DNA of 64,000 nucleotides from Bacilli bacterium (GCA_017441845.1 JAFRVB010000009.1:38841-102840); one strand, 5' to 3'; shown: positions 7,525-18,347, numbered from the stretch's first letter. The notes: generated by a model not told the origin, from the letters alone. Numbers and translations are program-made.

Positions 7525-10479
7525 ATGTATATACCACTATATAATGTGACAAATTATACGTTACTATCGTCTCTATTAAAAATAGATGACTTAGTTTCAT
7601 ATGCCCAAAATAATAATATAAACTCTATATCTATAACAGATACTAATATGTATGGAACTATGGAATTTATAAAAAAATGTAATTCTAAAAATATAAAACC
7701 AATCATTGGATTAACTCTAATTCTAAATGATTATAGATTAGTATATTTAGCAAAAAACTATGAAGGATATAAATGTTTATTAAAACTATCAACTATTCAA
7801 AATGAAAGAGAAGTAACAATAGATGATTTAAAAGAATATAATAACGATGTTATCGCAATACTTCCATATGATTATAGAAATTCATACAAAGATCTATCTA
7901 AATTATTTAAAGATCTATATTTAGGATATACCACTAAAAAAGAAGAATTAGAAGCTTCGGTAATCACAAAAAATATAGTTTTCTTTAGAGAAAATCTATA
8001 TCTAAATAAAGAAGATGAGTATTATTTACCTTATCTTTATAGAATTAGAGATTCTAAAACTATAACAGATGAAATATCTTATGATACATCTAATAAAGAA
8101 TTAAATATTTCTAATATCAATGAATTATCTGATAATGTAGGATTACTTAATACAATTAAAATAGCTGATTCATGTAATATAGAGTTTCCTAAGTATGAAT
8201 TATTATTACCATTATATGATTGTAAAGATCCGGAAAAATACTTGTTCGAATTAAGTAAAAAAGGTTTATCAAAAAGACTAGATGGAAGTATTCCACAAAA
8301 CTATAAAGATAGATTATCATATGAATTAAAAATAATAAGTGATATGGGATTTCCTAATTATTTCTTAGTAGTTTATGATTTTATTAAATATGCTAAAAAG
8401 AATAAAATCTTAGTTGGACCAGGTAGAGGTTCAGCTGCTGGATCATTAGTAGCATATTCTTTGGGTATAACTGATATTGATCCATTAAAATATGATTTAT
8501 TATTTGAAAGATTCTTAAATCCAGAAAGAAAAACAATGCCTGATATTGATACAGATTTCCCAGATAATAAAAGAGATGAAGTAATCGACTATGTAAGAAA
8601 AAAATATGGAGATAAAAGAGTATCTGGTATCGTAACTTTTGGTACTTTAGGTGCTAAACAAGTAATAAGAGACACTTCAAGAGTATTGAATATACCTCTA
8701 CATAAAGTAGATAGTCTATGTCACTATATACCAACTTTTACTAAAGATAAATTACATGATTTTTATAAAAATAATTCTTTATTTAGAAAAGAAATAGACT
8801 CAGATGAATCTTTAAAAACAATGTATAAAATAGCTAATTATATAGAAGGATATCCTCGTCATACTTCTTCACATGCAGCTGGTATCATCATGAGTAAAGT
8901 AGATTTAGATGAGATAATCCCACTAACTACTGGAGATGGAATGTATCTATCTAGTTTTACTATGGAATATTTAGAAGATTTAGGTTTATTAAAAATGGAT
9001 TTTCTAGGTCTAAAAAATCTAACAATCATAACAAATATCATAGAAGATATAAAAACTACATATAAAAAAGAAATAGACTTTTCTAAAATACCATTAGATG
9101 ATAAAGAAGCATTAAAAATATTTGAAGAAGCTAATACTTGTGGAATATTCCAATTTGAGTCAGCTGGTATGAGAAACTTTTTAAGAAAATTAAAACCAAA
9201 TACTTTTGAAGATATCTTTGCTGCAATCGCTCTCTTCAGACCAGGACCAGCTGTAAATATAGATTCATATATTGCAAGAAAACATGGTAAAGAAAGAATT
9301 ACTTATCCAGATAAATCACTAGAGCCAATTCTTAAGAATACTTATGGTATATTTATCTATCAAGAACAAATAATGCAACTTGCTAGAGTCTATGCAGGAT
9401 ACTCATTAGGTGAAGCAGATATCCTAAGAAGAGCCATGTCTAAAAAGAAAGTAGATTTAATTAAACACGAAGAAGAAAGATTCATTAAACAAAGTGTTGA
9501 ACTAGGTCATGATGAAAAACAAGCCAAAGAAATCTTTAATTTAGTATTAAATTTCGCAGGCTATGGATTCAATAGATCACATTCTGTAGCTTATTCAATA
9601 ATTGCTTATAAGATGGCTTATTTAAAAGCCCATTTTAAAGAAGTGTTTTTCTCTAACTTACTTACAAATGTAATAGGTAGTGTTGAAAAAACAAATGAAT
9701 ATCTACTAGAAGTAAAAGCTAACCAAATAGAAATAGAAAAACCTTCTATAAACAAATCATCTGATCATTATATTATAGATAATAAGAAAATAATTTATCC
9801 AATATCAAATATTAAATCTATTGGAGGAGTAGCTTCTAATACTATTTTAGCTGAAAGAGAAAAAGGAGAGTTTATTGATATCTTTGATGCTTTCTCTAGA
9901 CTAGTTAGAGCAGGAATTGGTAAAAAGACAATGGAGACTCTAATATATGCAGATGTCTTTAGAGAATTTGAATTTAATAGAGCTACTTTAATATTTAATT
10001 TAGATAATCTATTTAATTATGGAGAATTAACAAAAGATTTAGATGATTCTTTAGTATCCAAACCAGAAATTATCTTCCAACAAGAATTCTCGGAAAAAGA
10101 TTTACTAGAAAAAGAAAAAGATATTTTTGGATTATACTTATCTAATCATCCAACTAATATGTATAGAAAAGATAATAAATATGCTATTAATATAAACGAA
10201 GTACCTAATCACTTTAATAAACAAGTAGATACATTAATCTTAGTAGATAAAATAAAAAATATTAATACTAAGAAAGGTGATAAGATGGCCTTCTTAACTG
10301 GATCAGATGAAACAGGTTCAATGGAATATACACTTTTCCCTAAAGTATTAGATGATTATCCTAAGATAAAGAAAGGTAATTTATTAAAGATTAGAGGTAG
10401 AGTAGAAAAGAGATTAAATAAATATCAAATAATAGTAGAAAGAATAAAGGATTTAGAAAATGAAAAAGAAACTAAGTAA
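7525..10479 (+). CDS. dnaE: DNA polymerase III alpha subunit (DnaE type)
   Basis: PHP-like N-terminus, GPGRGSAAGSLV, PDIDTDF, LLKMDFLGL, FNRSHSVAY, C-terminal OB fold. Confidence 0.96.
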   Translation: MYIPLYNVTNYTLLSSLLKIDDLVSYAQNNNINSISITDTNMYGTMEFIKKCNSKNIKPIIGLTLILNDYRLVYLAKNYEGYKCLLKLSTIQNEREVTIDDLKEYNNDVIAILPYDYRNSYKDLSKLFKDLYLGYTTKKEELEASVITKNIVFFRENLYLNKEDEYYLPYLYRIRDSKTITDEISYDTSNKELNISNINELSDNVGLLNTIKIADSCNIEFPKYELLLPLYDCKDPEKYLFELSKKGLSKRLDGSIPQNYKDRLSYELKIISDMGFPNYFLVVYDFIKYAKKNKILVGPGRGSAAGSLVAYSLGITDIDPLKYDLLFERFLNPERKTMPDIDTDFPDNKRDEVIDYVRKKYGDKRVSGIVTFGTLGAKQVIRDTSRVLNIPLHKVDSLCHYIPTFTKDKLHDFYKNNSLFRKEIDSDESLKTMYKIANYIEGYPRHTSSHAAGIIMSKVDLDEIIPLTTGDGMYLSSFTMEYLEDLGLLKMDFLGLKNLTIITNIIEDIKTTYKKEIDFSKIPLDDKEALKIFEEANTCGIFQFESAGMRNFLRKLKPNTFEDIFAAIALFRPGPAVNIDSYIARKHGKERITYPDKSLEPILKNTYGIFIYQEQIMQLARVYAGYSLGEADILRRAMSKKKVDLIKHEEERFIKQSVELGHDEKQAKEIFNLVLNFAGYGFNRSHSVAYSIIAYKMAYLKAHFKEVFFSNLLTNVIGSVEKTNEYLLEVKANQIEIEKPSINKSSDHYIIDNKKIIYPISNIKSIGGVASNTILAEREKGEFIDIFDAFSRLVRAGIGKKTMETLIYADVFREFEFNRATLIFNLDNLFNYGELTKDLDDSLVSKPEIIFQQEFSEKDLLEKEKDIFGLYLSNHPTNMYRKDNKYAININEVPNHFNKQVDTLILVDKIKNINTKKGDKMAFLTGSDETGSMEYTLFPKVLDDYPKIKKGNLLKIRGRVEKRLNKYQIIVERIKDLENEKETK

Positions 10480-11068
10480 ATTAATAAAAACTAATAGAAC
10501 TAAAATTAAATCTAATATATTTCAAATAGCCGCAATAGTTCTAATTATTGATCAGTTTGTTAAACTACTAGTAACTACAAACTTAAAAGAATTACATAAT
10601 TATGTAGTAATTAAAGATTTCTTTTCTCTTTACTATGTCAAAAACACAGGAGCTGCTTTTTCTATATTACAAAATCAATCTTTTATATTAATAATTCTAT
10701 CTTTAATAGTATTATTAGTATTAAATAACTACATTACTTTATTAACAAAAGCATCTAAATTAGAAAAATTATCTTTAGGTCTAATCATGGGAGGAATACT
10801 TGGTAACTTAATAGATAGATTACTTTATAAATCAGTAATAGATTTTTTATCATTTAATTTATTTGGTTATGAATTCCCAGTATTCAATCTAGCAGATGCT
10901 GCAATAGTAGTAGGTGTAATACTGTTTATAGTTTCATCTATAATAGATAATTTTAGTGATAAAAATGCTAAAAAAATAGATGTTGAAGCAGAGATAAAGA
11001 AAATGGAAAAAACTACTAAAAAGAAGAAAACAACTAAGAAGAAAAAACAAAGTAAGGTGAAAAAATGA
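10460..11068 (+). CDS. lspA: Lipoprotein signal peptidase II
   Basis: IDQFVK, NTGAAFS, GILGNLIDR, VIDF, FNLAD. Confidence 0.93.
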   Translation: MKKKLSKLIKTNRTKIKSNIFQIAAIVLIIDQFVKLLVTTNLKELHNYVVIKDFFSLYYVKNTGAAFSILQNQSFILIILSLIVLLVLNNYITLLTKASKLEKLSLGLIMGGILGNLIDRLLYKSVIDFLSFNLFGYEFPVFNLADAAIVVGVILFIVSSIIDNFSDKNAKKIDVEAEIKKMEKTTKKKKTTKKKKQSKVKK

Positions 11069-11943
11069 AAGTAATAGATAATGAAAATTTAAGAATAGAT
11101 ACTTACTTATCTAATGAATTAGATATATCTAGAAGTAAAATACAAAAACTAATAAAAGAAGAAAAAGTACTAGTAAATAATAAAGTAATATCAAATAATT
11201 ACAAAGTTAAATTAGATGATGAAATAGAAATAGATGATGATTTAGATTTCGATATCTCAGTAGAACCAAAAGATATACCATTAGATATTGTTTATGAAGA
11301 TGAGTATTTAATGATTATTAATAAAAAAAGTGGTATGGTTGTTCATCCAGCACCAGGTCATTATGATGATACTATGGTTAATGCTTTATTATTTTATTTA
11401 AATAAAGGTACTACTAAAAACATAAGACCTGGTATAGTTCATAGACTAGATAAGGATACTTCAGGATTAATGGTAGTTGCTAAAGATGAAAAGACTATGG
11501 AACTATTATCTAATCTAATGAGTAAACATCAAATTAATCGTCATTATCTAGCAATTGTCGATGGAGTGATTTCGGAAAACTCAGCTACTATAGATGCTCC
11601 AATCGGAAGAGATCCTAATGATAGACAAAAGATGAAAGTAACAGATGTTAATGGAAAAGAAGCTATCACAAACTTTAAAGTTTTAGAAAGATTTGAAAAA
11701 AATACATACATTGAATGTATACTTGAAACAGGAAGAACTCATCAAATAAGAGTTCATATGAAATATATTAATCATCCAGTAACTAATGATCCAGTATATG
11801 GAAAAACAAGTGATGAATTTGGTCAAATGTTACACTCTTATTCAATAGAATTTATTCATCCAATAGCACATAAAAAATTAAGGTTTGAGGTAGAACCACC
11901 AATCGAATTCAAAAACAAATTAGAAGAACTAAGAAACTCTTAG
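11065..11943 (+). CDS. RluA/RluD family pseudouridine synthase with S4 domain
   Basis: S4 N-terminus, NKKSGMVVHPAPG, HRLDKDTSG, TGRTHQIRVH; conserved lspA-rluD synteny. Confidence 0.93.
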   Translation: MKVIDNENLRIDTYLSNELDISRSKIQKLIKEEKVLVNNKVISNNYKVKLDDEIEIDDDLDFDISVEPKDIPLDIVYEDEYLMIINKKSGMVVHPAPGHYDDTMVNALLFYLNKGTTKNIRPGIVHRLDKDTSGLMVVAKDEKTMELLSNLMSKHQINRHYLAIVDGVISENSATIDAPIGRDPNDRQKMKVTDVNGKEAITNFKVLERFEKNTYIECILETGRTHQIRVHMKYINHPVTNDPVYGKTSDEFGQMLHSYSIEFIHPIAHKKLRFEVEPPIEFKNKLEELRNS

Positions 11944-11951
11944 TTCTTTTT
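11925..11951 (+). terminator. Terminator of dnaE-lspA-rluD
   Basis: AGAACTAAG-aaact-CTTAGTTCT-TTTT. Confidence 0.75.
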
Positions 11952-12065
11952 AGTAAACATGTGTACACTCGGTTGACATCGGACATTTTGTTGGCTATTA
12001 TTAAGTTAGATTGAAAAATAAAGACAAATGTGTTATAATAGCAACCATTAACGGGGGGTAATAGT

Positions 12066-13967
12066 ATGTCAAACGACAGAGAAATAAAAGAATTAATTGA
12101 ATTAAAAAAAAGAATAAAAGAATATCCTAATTTTTCTGATGAAGAAAAAACGAGACTTTTACACGAAATTGAACAAGGTAAAACATTTGATTTTAAAACC
12201 GGGTATGCAACTATAGATAGACCATGGTTACAGTTTTTTGATATGGATAAGTATTATAAAATGCATAATGATAAAACAGTTTATCAAGATATTTTAGAAA
12301 TAAATAAAAATTATTTAAAAGATTTAGCTATAATGTATTTTGGGAGTAAAATATCATTTAAAGAAATGTTTGAAAAAATTGATGAAACAGCAAAATCACT
12401 TTCTGAATATGGAGTTAAAAAAGGTGACTTTGTAACAGTATGTTCGGCAGGAATCCCAGAATTAATATATACATTTTATGCACTGGCAAAAATTGGTGCT
12501 GTAGCTAATCTTATGGCCCCAAATTTTGAACCTAATCAAATGATTGATAGAATATGTGATTGTGAAAGCGATACGCTTATTGTGATGGATAAGTTTTATC
12601 CAAACATTAAAAATGTAATTGACAAATCCAGCATTAAAAAGACAATTGTTATTCCAACGTTGAATTCTAGTCCATTAAGATTTATTCCAAAGAAAAAGGA
12701 AATAAAATTAGATTATGTTAATGAATTATGGTGGAATCAATTTATAAAAGATGGAAGAAAAACTGGAATACCAAAAACAATGCCATATGAAAAAGATTAT
12801 CCACTTTGCATGGTTTACTCAAGTGGTACTACAGGAGCGAGTAAAGCAATTCTATTATCAAATGATAGTTTCCAAAATTCGGTTTTATCGTATGACCCTA
12901 ATACGTTGGATATAATTAGAGGGCAAAAATTTTATCAAATAATACCACCGTGGTATTCAACTGGTTTAAACTCTTCTATTCATCTTCCTCTACACAGAGG
13001 ATTAATTGTTTTTCTAGATCCTAGATTCGAAAGAGAAGCTTTTGTAAAAAACATATCAAAACATAATATTGATTTTACAATCTCTCCAACAAGTTTATAT
13101 GAAGGATTCTTAGATGAAAAATTAACAAAAGGAAAAAGAGTCAAATCATTTACAAACCCATATGAAGGTGGGGAACCATTACCATATGAATTAAAGACAA
13201 AAATTGAAGATAGTCTTAGAAAAATGGGGTGTGACACAACGATTCGAATTGGATATGGTCAGTGCGAGTGTGGTGCTCAAATAAGTACACAAACACAAAA
13301 TGTTAATCATCCAGATGGATCAGTCGGATTACCAATTCCAGGAGTCACAATAGGTATATTTGATGATCAATTTAATGAATTAGAATATAATCAACGAGGT
13401 AACATTCTAGTAGATACAAGATGTGGAATGTTAGAGTATTATAAGAGACCAGAAGCAACCAAGAATTATTTCCATACAGATGAATTTGGAACAAAATGGA
13501 GCTGCACAGGAGATATCGGCTATTTGAACGAAAATGGTGATTTATTTATTGAAGGAAGAAAAGAAGATTATTCAATAGTAAATGATAGAAGAATATATAA
13601 TTTTGATATAGAAAAGGCCCTTATCAATGAGGATGATATTAATATATGTGATTGCATAAGTATGGAACCGGATGGAACATCAGAGGGATTAGCTTTACAC
13701 ATTATTTTTAAAGAAAATATGAAAAAAGAAATTCAAGATAACCCAGAAAAACTATATGAGAGATTATATGAATTACAACATACTATATATGATAAATATC
13801 ATGATATAGATATGGTACCTTCACATTTTAAAGTTAGAGAATCATTTCCAATAAAACCATTTGGAAAAAGAGATACAGAAGCACTAAAAAAAGAAAAAGA
13901 TGGTTTTATATTTATAGATAATAAAAATGTTTTAGAAAAAGAAAACAAAAAAGTAAAAAGAATTTAA
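12066..13967 (+). CDS. Class I adenylate-forming enzyme (acyl-CoA synthetase-like)
   Basis: YSSGTTGASK P-loop, IGYGQCE, TGD, C-terminal PFGKRD lysine. Confidence 0.85.
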   Translation: MSNDREIKELIELKKRIKEYPNFSDEEKTRLLHEIEQGKTFDFKTGYATIDRPWLQFFDMDKYYKMHNDKTVYQDILEINKNYLKDLAIMYFGSKISFKEMFEKIDETAKSLSEYGVKKGDFVTVCSAGIPELIYTFYALAKIGAVANLMAPNFEPNQMIDRICDCESDTLIVMDKFYPNIKNVIDKSSIKKTIVIPTLNSSPLRFIPKKKEIKLDYVNELWWNQFIKDGRKTGIPKTMPYEKDYPLCMVYSSGTTGASKAILLSNDSFQNSVLSYDPNTLDIIRGQKFYQIIPPWYSTGLNSSIHLPLHRGLIVFLDPRFEREAFVKNISKHNIDFTISPTSLYEGFLDEKLTKGKRVKSFTNPYEGGEPLPYELKTKIEDSLRKMGCDTTIRIGYGQCECGAQISTQTQNVNHPDGSVGLPIPGVTIGIFDDQFNELEYNQRGNILVDTRCGMLEYYKRPEATKNYFHTDEFGTKWSCTGDIGYLNENGDLFIEGRKEDYSIVNDRRIYNFDIEKALINEDDINICDCISMEPDGTSEGLALHIIFKENMKKEIQDNPEKLYERLYELQHTIYDKYHDIDMVPSHFKVRESFPIKPFGKRDTEALKKEKDGFIFIDNKNVLEKENKKVKRI

Positions 13968-14005
13968 TATTAAATTCTTTTTTTACATGCTATAATATAA
14001 TTGTA

Positions 14006-16339
14006 ATGATAGGGAGTGGTTATGTGATATTCACTAAAATGACAATTGCGATAATCATATGTTTAGCATATATACTATCTTTAATTATTATATTTTTTAC
14101 TAAGAAATATGTAAGAAATGAAGAAACCATTATTTATAGATTTCTTTTAATATTAAATAGTATAGGATTGTTTATTCATTTAATAGCAGAAAATGTGTGC
14201 TTTTATTATGACAAAATACCATATAGTTTTTCCTTTGTTATATTAAAAGCAATGCTCGTATATTATTTTCTATTTGGAATTGTGTTATTTACATATTCAT
14301 TAATAGTCGTTAAAACAAAGAAAAATGAGCAAATACGAAAGATAATAAATATTTTTTCAGTTATAATGATCATAGTATTTTTACTTTTGCCCCTTCATGT
14401 CTATAGAGACGTTGATTCTATGAAATTTTATACCTATGGAACAGATGTTATTTTAACTTATATAGTATCTGGATTATTAGTATCGGTTATGATTGTTCTT
14501 TTAACAGTTAAACATAGAGATATATCTATGAAAAAAGCATTACCATTATTGATTTTTTTCATTGGTGGAGGAATATCAATGATTATTCAATTAAACTATC
14601 CACATATAACCTTAATAGATTTAATTGAATCAGTTATATGTTGTATGATGTATTTCACAATTGAAAATCCAGATGTAAAAATGGTTCAACAATTAAAACT
14701 TGCTAAAGAAGAAGCAGATAAAGCTAATGCTGCTAAGACTGATTTCTTGAGTAGTATGTCTCATGAGATACGTACTCCTTTGAATGCGATTGTTGGTTTT
14801 TCAGATTTAGTTAGTGAAGCTAAGACATTAGATGAAGCTAAAACTAATGCTAAAGATATAGTAAATGCCTCTCAAACATTACTTGAAATAGTTAATGGTA
14901 TTTTAGATATTTCTAAGATTGAAGCAGGTAAATTAGAGATAAAAGAATCTCCTTATAATGCTAAAGAGACATTTGAAGATTTAGCTAAATTAATTAAACC
15001 AAGAATGGAAGAAAAGGGATTAGATTTCTCATATTTCATCGCACCAGATATCCCAACTACTTTATATGGTGATCATGCTAATGTCAAAAAGATTGTTACT
15101 AATTTTTTAAGTAATGCTGCTAAGTATACTGAGAAGGGTTATGTAAAGTATGAAGTAAACTGTATTAATGCTAATGGTACATGTAAACTAATTGTCTCAG
15201 TTGAAGACTCTGGTCGTGGTATTAAAAAAGAAGATGTAAATAAACTATTTGAGAAATTTGACAGACTTGATGTAGAAAGAAACACTACTGTAGAAGGTAC
15301 TGGATTAGGTATGGCTATCACTAAACAATTAGTTGAAATGATGGGTGGAAAAATAATAGTTCATACTGTCTATGGAGAAGGTTCTAAGTTTACAGTTATG
15401 TTAGATCAAAAGATTTCAGATGAACAAATTCAAGAAGCAGAAAAAGTATCTGGAGATCTTAACTTATCAGGCATTAAAATATTACTTGTTGATGATAATG
15501 ATTTAAATATTAAAGTAGGATGTAAACTACTTGAGAAGTTTAATGCGAATTTGGTTTCTACTGCGAAAGATGGATTTGAATGTATTGATAAAGTTAAAAA
15601 TAATCAATATGACTTAATATTACTTGATGATATGATGCCTAAGAAGAGTGGAACTGAAACATTAAAAGATTTAAAAGAAATTCCAGGATTCAATACTCCT
15701 GTAATAGCTCTAACAGCTAATGCGATTGCGGGTATGAGAGAATCTTATTTAGCAGCTGGTTTTGATGAATATTTAGCTAAACCAATAGAACGTCAAGATT
15801 TAATCAAAGCAGTTAATAAACTTCTAGCAGATAAATTATCAGCTGGACCTGTTGAAGAAGCGACACATGTAGTTGACAATGCTTATCCAACTAATGCGAC
15901 TGAAGCACCTACTGAAGAAACAAATACTGTAATTGATAATAATCAAATACCAATTCCAGTTGAACCTACTAGAGAATCAGATGAAGAATTCTTACGTAAT
16001 CGTGGAGTAGATATGGACAAAGCCCTAGAATTACTTGGTGATATGGAAATGTATAATATGACTATGGAAGATTTTGCTCAGGAATTAGAAAATAAATGGT
16101 CTAAGTTAGAGCAAGAAAAACTTCAAAATGATATGGAAAATTATGCTATAGATGTTCATTCTTTAAAGAGTGATTGTAAATACTTAGGTTTCTATAATCT
16201 AGCAGATGTCGCCTATGAACACGAACTTAAGAGTAAAGAAAATGATAGTACTTTTGTAAATGATAATTTTGAGCGATTAGCTAATGAATATTTAAAAGTA
16301 CTAAATATTGTCAAAGAGTATAAAGATCGATTAAAATAA
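14006..16339 (+). CDS. Hybrid sensor histidine kinase (multi-TM sensor, HisKA, HATPase, REC, Hpt)
   Basis: About 7 TM; MSHEIRTPLN; N/G boxes (DSGRG, GTGLG); REC LLVDD...LLDDMMP...LAKP; Hpt VHSLKS. Start may be GTG 14024. Confidence 0.92.
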   Translation: MIGSGYVIFTKMTIAIIICLAYILSLIIIFFTKKYVRNEETIIYRFLLILNSIGLFIHLIAENVCFYYDKIPYSFSFVILKAMLVYYFLFGIVLFTYSLIVVKTKKNEQIRKIINIFSVIMIIVFLLLPLHVYRDVDSMKFYTYGTDVILTYIVSGLLVSVMIVLLTVKHRDISMKKALPLLIFFIGGGISMIIQLNYPHITLIDLIESVICCMMYFTIENPDVKMVQQLKLAKEEADKANAAKTDFLSSMSHEIRTPLNAIVGFSDLVSEAKTLDEAKTNAKDIVNASQTLLEIVNGILDISKIEAGKLEIKESPYNAKETFEDLAKLIKPRMEEKGLDFSYFIAPDIPTTLYGDHANVKKIVTNFLSNAAKYTEKGYVKYEVNCINANGTCKLIVSVEDSGRGIKKEDVNKLFEKFDRLDVERNTTVEGTGLGMAITKQLVEMMGGKIIVHTVYGEGSKFTVMLDQKISDEQIQEAEKVSGDLNLSGIKILLVDDNDLNIKVGCKLLEKFNANLVSTAKDGFECIDKVKNNQYDLILLDDMMPKKSGTETLKDLKEIPGFNTPVIALTANAIAGMRESYLAAGFDEYLAKPIERQDLIKAVNKLLADKLSAGPVEEATHVVDNAYPTNATEAPTEETNTVIDNNQIPIPVEPTRESDEEFLRNRGVDMDKALELLGDMEMYNMTMEDFAQELENKWSKLEQEKLQNDMENYAIDVHSLKSDCKYLGFYNLADVAYEHELKSKENDSTFVNDNFERLANEYLKVLNIVKEYKDRLK

Positions 16340-16350
16340 TCGATCTTTTT
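16322..16350 (+). terminator. Terminator after histidine kinase
   Basis: AAAGATCGATT-aaaat-AATCGATCTTT-TT. Confidence 0.75.
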
Positions 16351-16376
16351 ATGTTAAAATAAAAGAGGTGATGACT

Positions 16377-17150
16377 ATGTTTGAAAATGATACTGATTTC
16401 TTAGATCAACATTTTTTAATAGATGAAAAAGTAATTGATGATTTTGTTAGATATGCGTGTGTTAATAAAGATGATCATGTTGTTGAAATAGGACCAGGTA
16501 AAGGTAATATTACTAAAATATTATTATCTAAAGCTAATAAAGTAACTGTTATTGAAAAAGATGATAGATTAATACCTTATCTATTAGAACTAAAAAAGAA
16601 ATATTCTAATTTAGAAATTATACATGGTAATGTTTTAGATACTTTTATACCTGATTGTGACAAGATAATTACTTCTTTACCATACTCGATAATTGAACCA
16701 TTTATTAATAAAATAATTAAATGTAAATTTAAAACATTAACTATGATTATGGGTTCTAATTATATTGAAGAAGTAATGAATAAATCAAATAACAAATTAT
16801 CATTACTTACTAATTCATTTTTTAATGTAGAAAAGTTGGAAGATATTGGACCTAATTGCTTTGAACCATCACCTAGAACTTTAAGTGGAATAATAAAACT
16901 TAGTCCATTGAAATTAGATAAAATTAAAGACAAAAAGATGTTTATTATTAGACAATTATTTTTTTATCGTAATATGAAAATAAAAAATGCTTTAAAAGAA
17001 GCAATTATTTCATATGAAGATTGTACTCAAAATATAGCTAAAGATAAGATTAATAAATTGAATATAGAAGAATCTATTTTAGAAGAAAAAATGGAAACTA
17101 TTAGTAATTCTGATTTAGATAAATTAGTTAAATATATTGAAAGATTATAA
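16377..17150 (+). CDS. RsmA/KsgA/Erm-family rRNA adenine dimethylase-like protein (divergent)
   Basis: QHFLID, VVEIGPGKG SAM motif, FEPSP; catalytic motif reads SLPY instead of NLPY. Confidence 0.75.
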   Translation: MFENDTDFLDQHFLIDEKVIDDFVRYACVNKDDHVVEIGPGKGNITKILLSKANKVTVIEKDDRLIPYLLELKKKYSNLEIIHGNVLDTFIPDCDKIITSLPYSIIEPFINKIIKCKFKTLTMIMGSNYIEEVMNKSNNKLSLLTNSFFNVEKLEDIGPNCFEPSPRTLSGIIKLSPLKLDKIKDKKMFIIRQLFFYRNMKIKNALKEAIISYEDCTQNIAKDKINKLNIEESILEEKMETISNSDLDKLVKYIERL

Positions 17151-17201
17151 CTTTAAATAATTAATAAAATATTATATAATAAAACTGTTAAGGAGGACTC
17201 T

Positions 17202-18347
17202 ATGAACGGTGAGATTAAGTTAGATGATAAAAACATTATAGTTATGAAATTACTTCATTATTTCATTACAGAGAAGAATTACAATCCTATTATTCTACAA
17301 GGTGTAGAAGATGAAATTTGGCTTGAAAATATGGATGAAGATTACAAAGTAATACGTATTGTTTCTAACTATATTCATAATAACGAACAATTTGATTTTG
17401 ATAAGTTTAAGACAGAGAGAATCGTTAAAAAGATAAAAAGAAAAACTTTATCATTTAACGTTAATGTTTTGAGTATCTTCTTAGACTTAGGAGAAAATGT
17501 TACTACAGATCTTCTAGCATCTAATAATAATTTATGTATAAAGATAGATGATGAAACTGATTTATTAAAGAATGGAATCATCAAAGAACATTTTCCTGAT
17601 ATTTCTAAAAAATTAAAATTTAATGAAAAAGGAATAGAGTTATTTGCGAAGATAACTAATGATATAAATAAACATAATGAGAAAGATGCAAGAAAAGTAG
17701 ATGATGTATTTAAACCTAAAGTTCCATATATTACAATTGCGTTGATTGTTATTAATGTTTTAATCTATTTTGGAACTACTCTTACTGGTACATATGACAA
17801 GATAGTTAATGATTTCTGTGTATATGGACCAGCTATTAGAGATGGAGAATACTATCGTATTATTACTGGTATGTTCTTACATGGTAATATTCTTCACTTA
17901 TTCTTTAACTGTTGGGTTCTATATATAATTGGATCTCAGTTAGAGAGTTTTATAGGTAAATTTAAATATGCAATTATTTACTTTATAGCAGGTATATCTG
18001 GTAGTTTGTTCTCAATGATCTTTTCACATTCTGCATCAATTGGAGCTTCAGGAGCAATCTTTGGTCTTATGGGAGCATTAATCTACTTTGGATATCACTA
18101 TAGAGTATACTTAGGAAATTATGTTAAAACACAGTTAATTCCATTAGTAGTATTAAACTTAATTATAGGTATGTCACCTGGTATTGATAACTTTGCTCAT
18201 ATCGGTGGATTAATTGGAGGAACTATCGCTACTATGGCTTTAGGAATTGATGGAAAATCTACTACATTTGAAAAAACTAATGGTTTGATCATAACAATAT
18301 TATTCTTAGCATTCTCAATTTATATGGCTTTTGTAATAGTCCATTAA
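17202..18347 (+). CDS. Rhomboid intramembrane serine protease with soluble N-terminal domain
   Basis: YYRIITGMFLH, HLFFN, GASGAIFG, AHIGG. Confidence 0.92.
   Translation: MNGEIKLDDKNIIVMKLLHYFITEKNYNPIILQGVEDEIWLENMDEDYKVIRIVSNYIHNNEQFDFDKFKTERIVKKIKRKTLSFNVNVLSIFLDLGENVTTDLLASNNNLCIKIDDETDLLKNGIIKEHFPDISKKLKFNEKGIELFAKITNDINKHNEKDARKVDDVFKPKVPYITIALIVINVLIYFGTTLTGTYDKIVNDFCVYGPAIRDGEYYRIITGMFLHGNILHLFFNCWVLYIIGSQLESFIGKFKYAIIYFIAGISGSLFSMIFSHSASIGASGAIFGLMGALIYFGYHYRVYLGNYVKTQLIPLVVLNLIIGMSPGIDNFAHIGGLIGGTIATMALGIDGKSTTFEKTNGLIITILFLAFSIYMAFVIVH

Noticed and set aside
16377-17150. Erm macrolide-resistance gene
   Set aside because: No leader peptide/attenuator or mobile context, and an atypical catalytic motif; cannot be assigned to Erm from sequence alone
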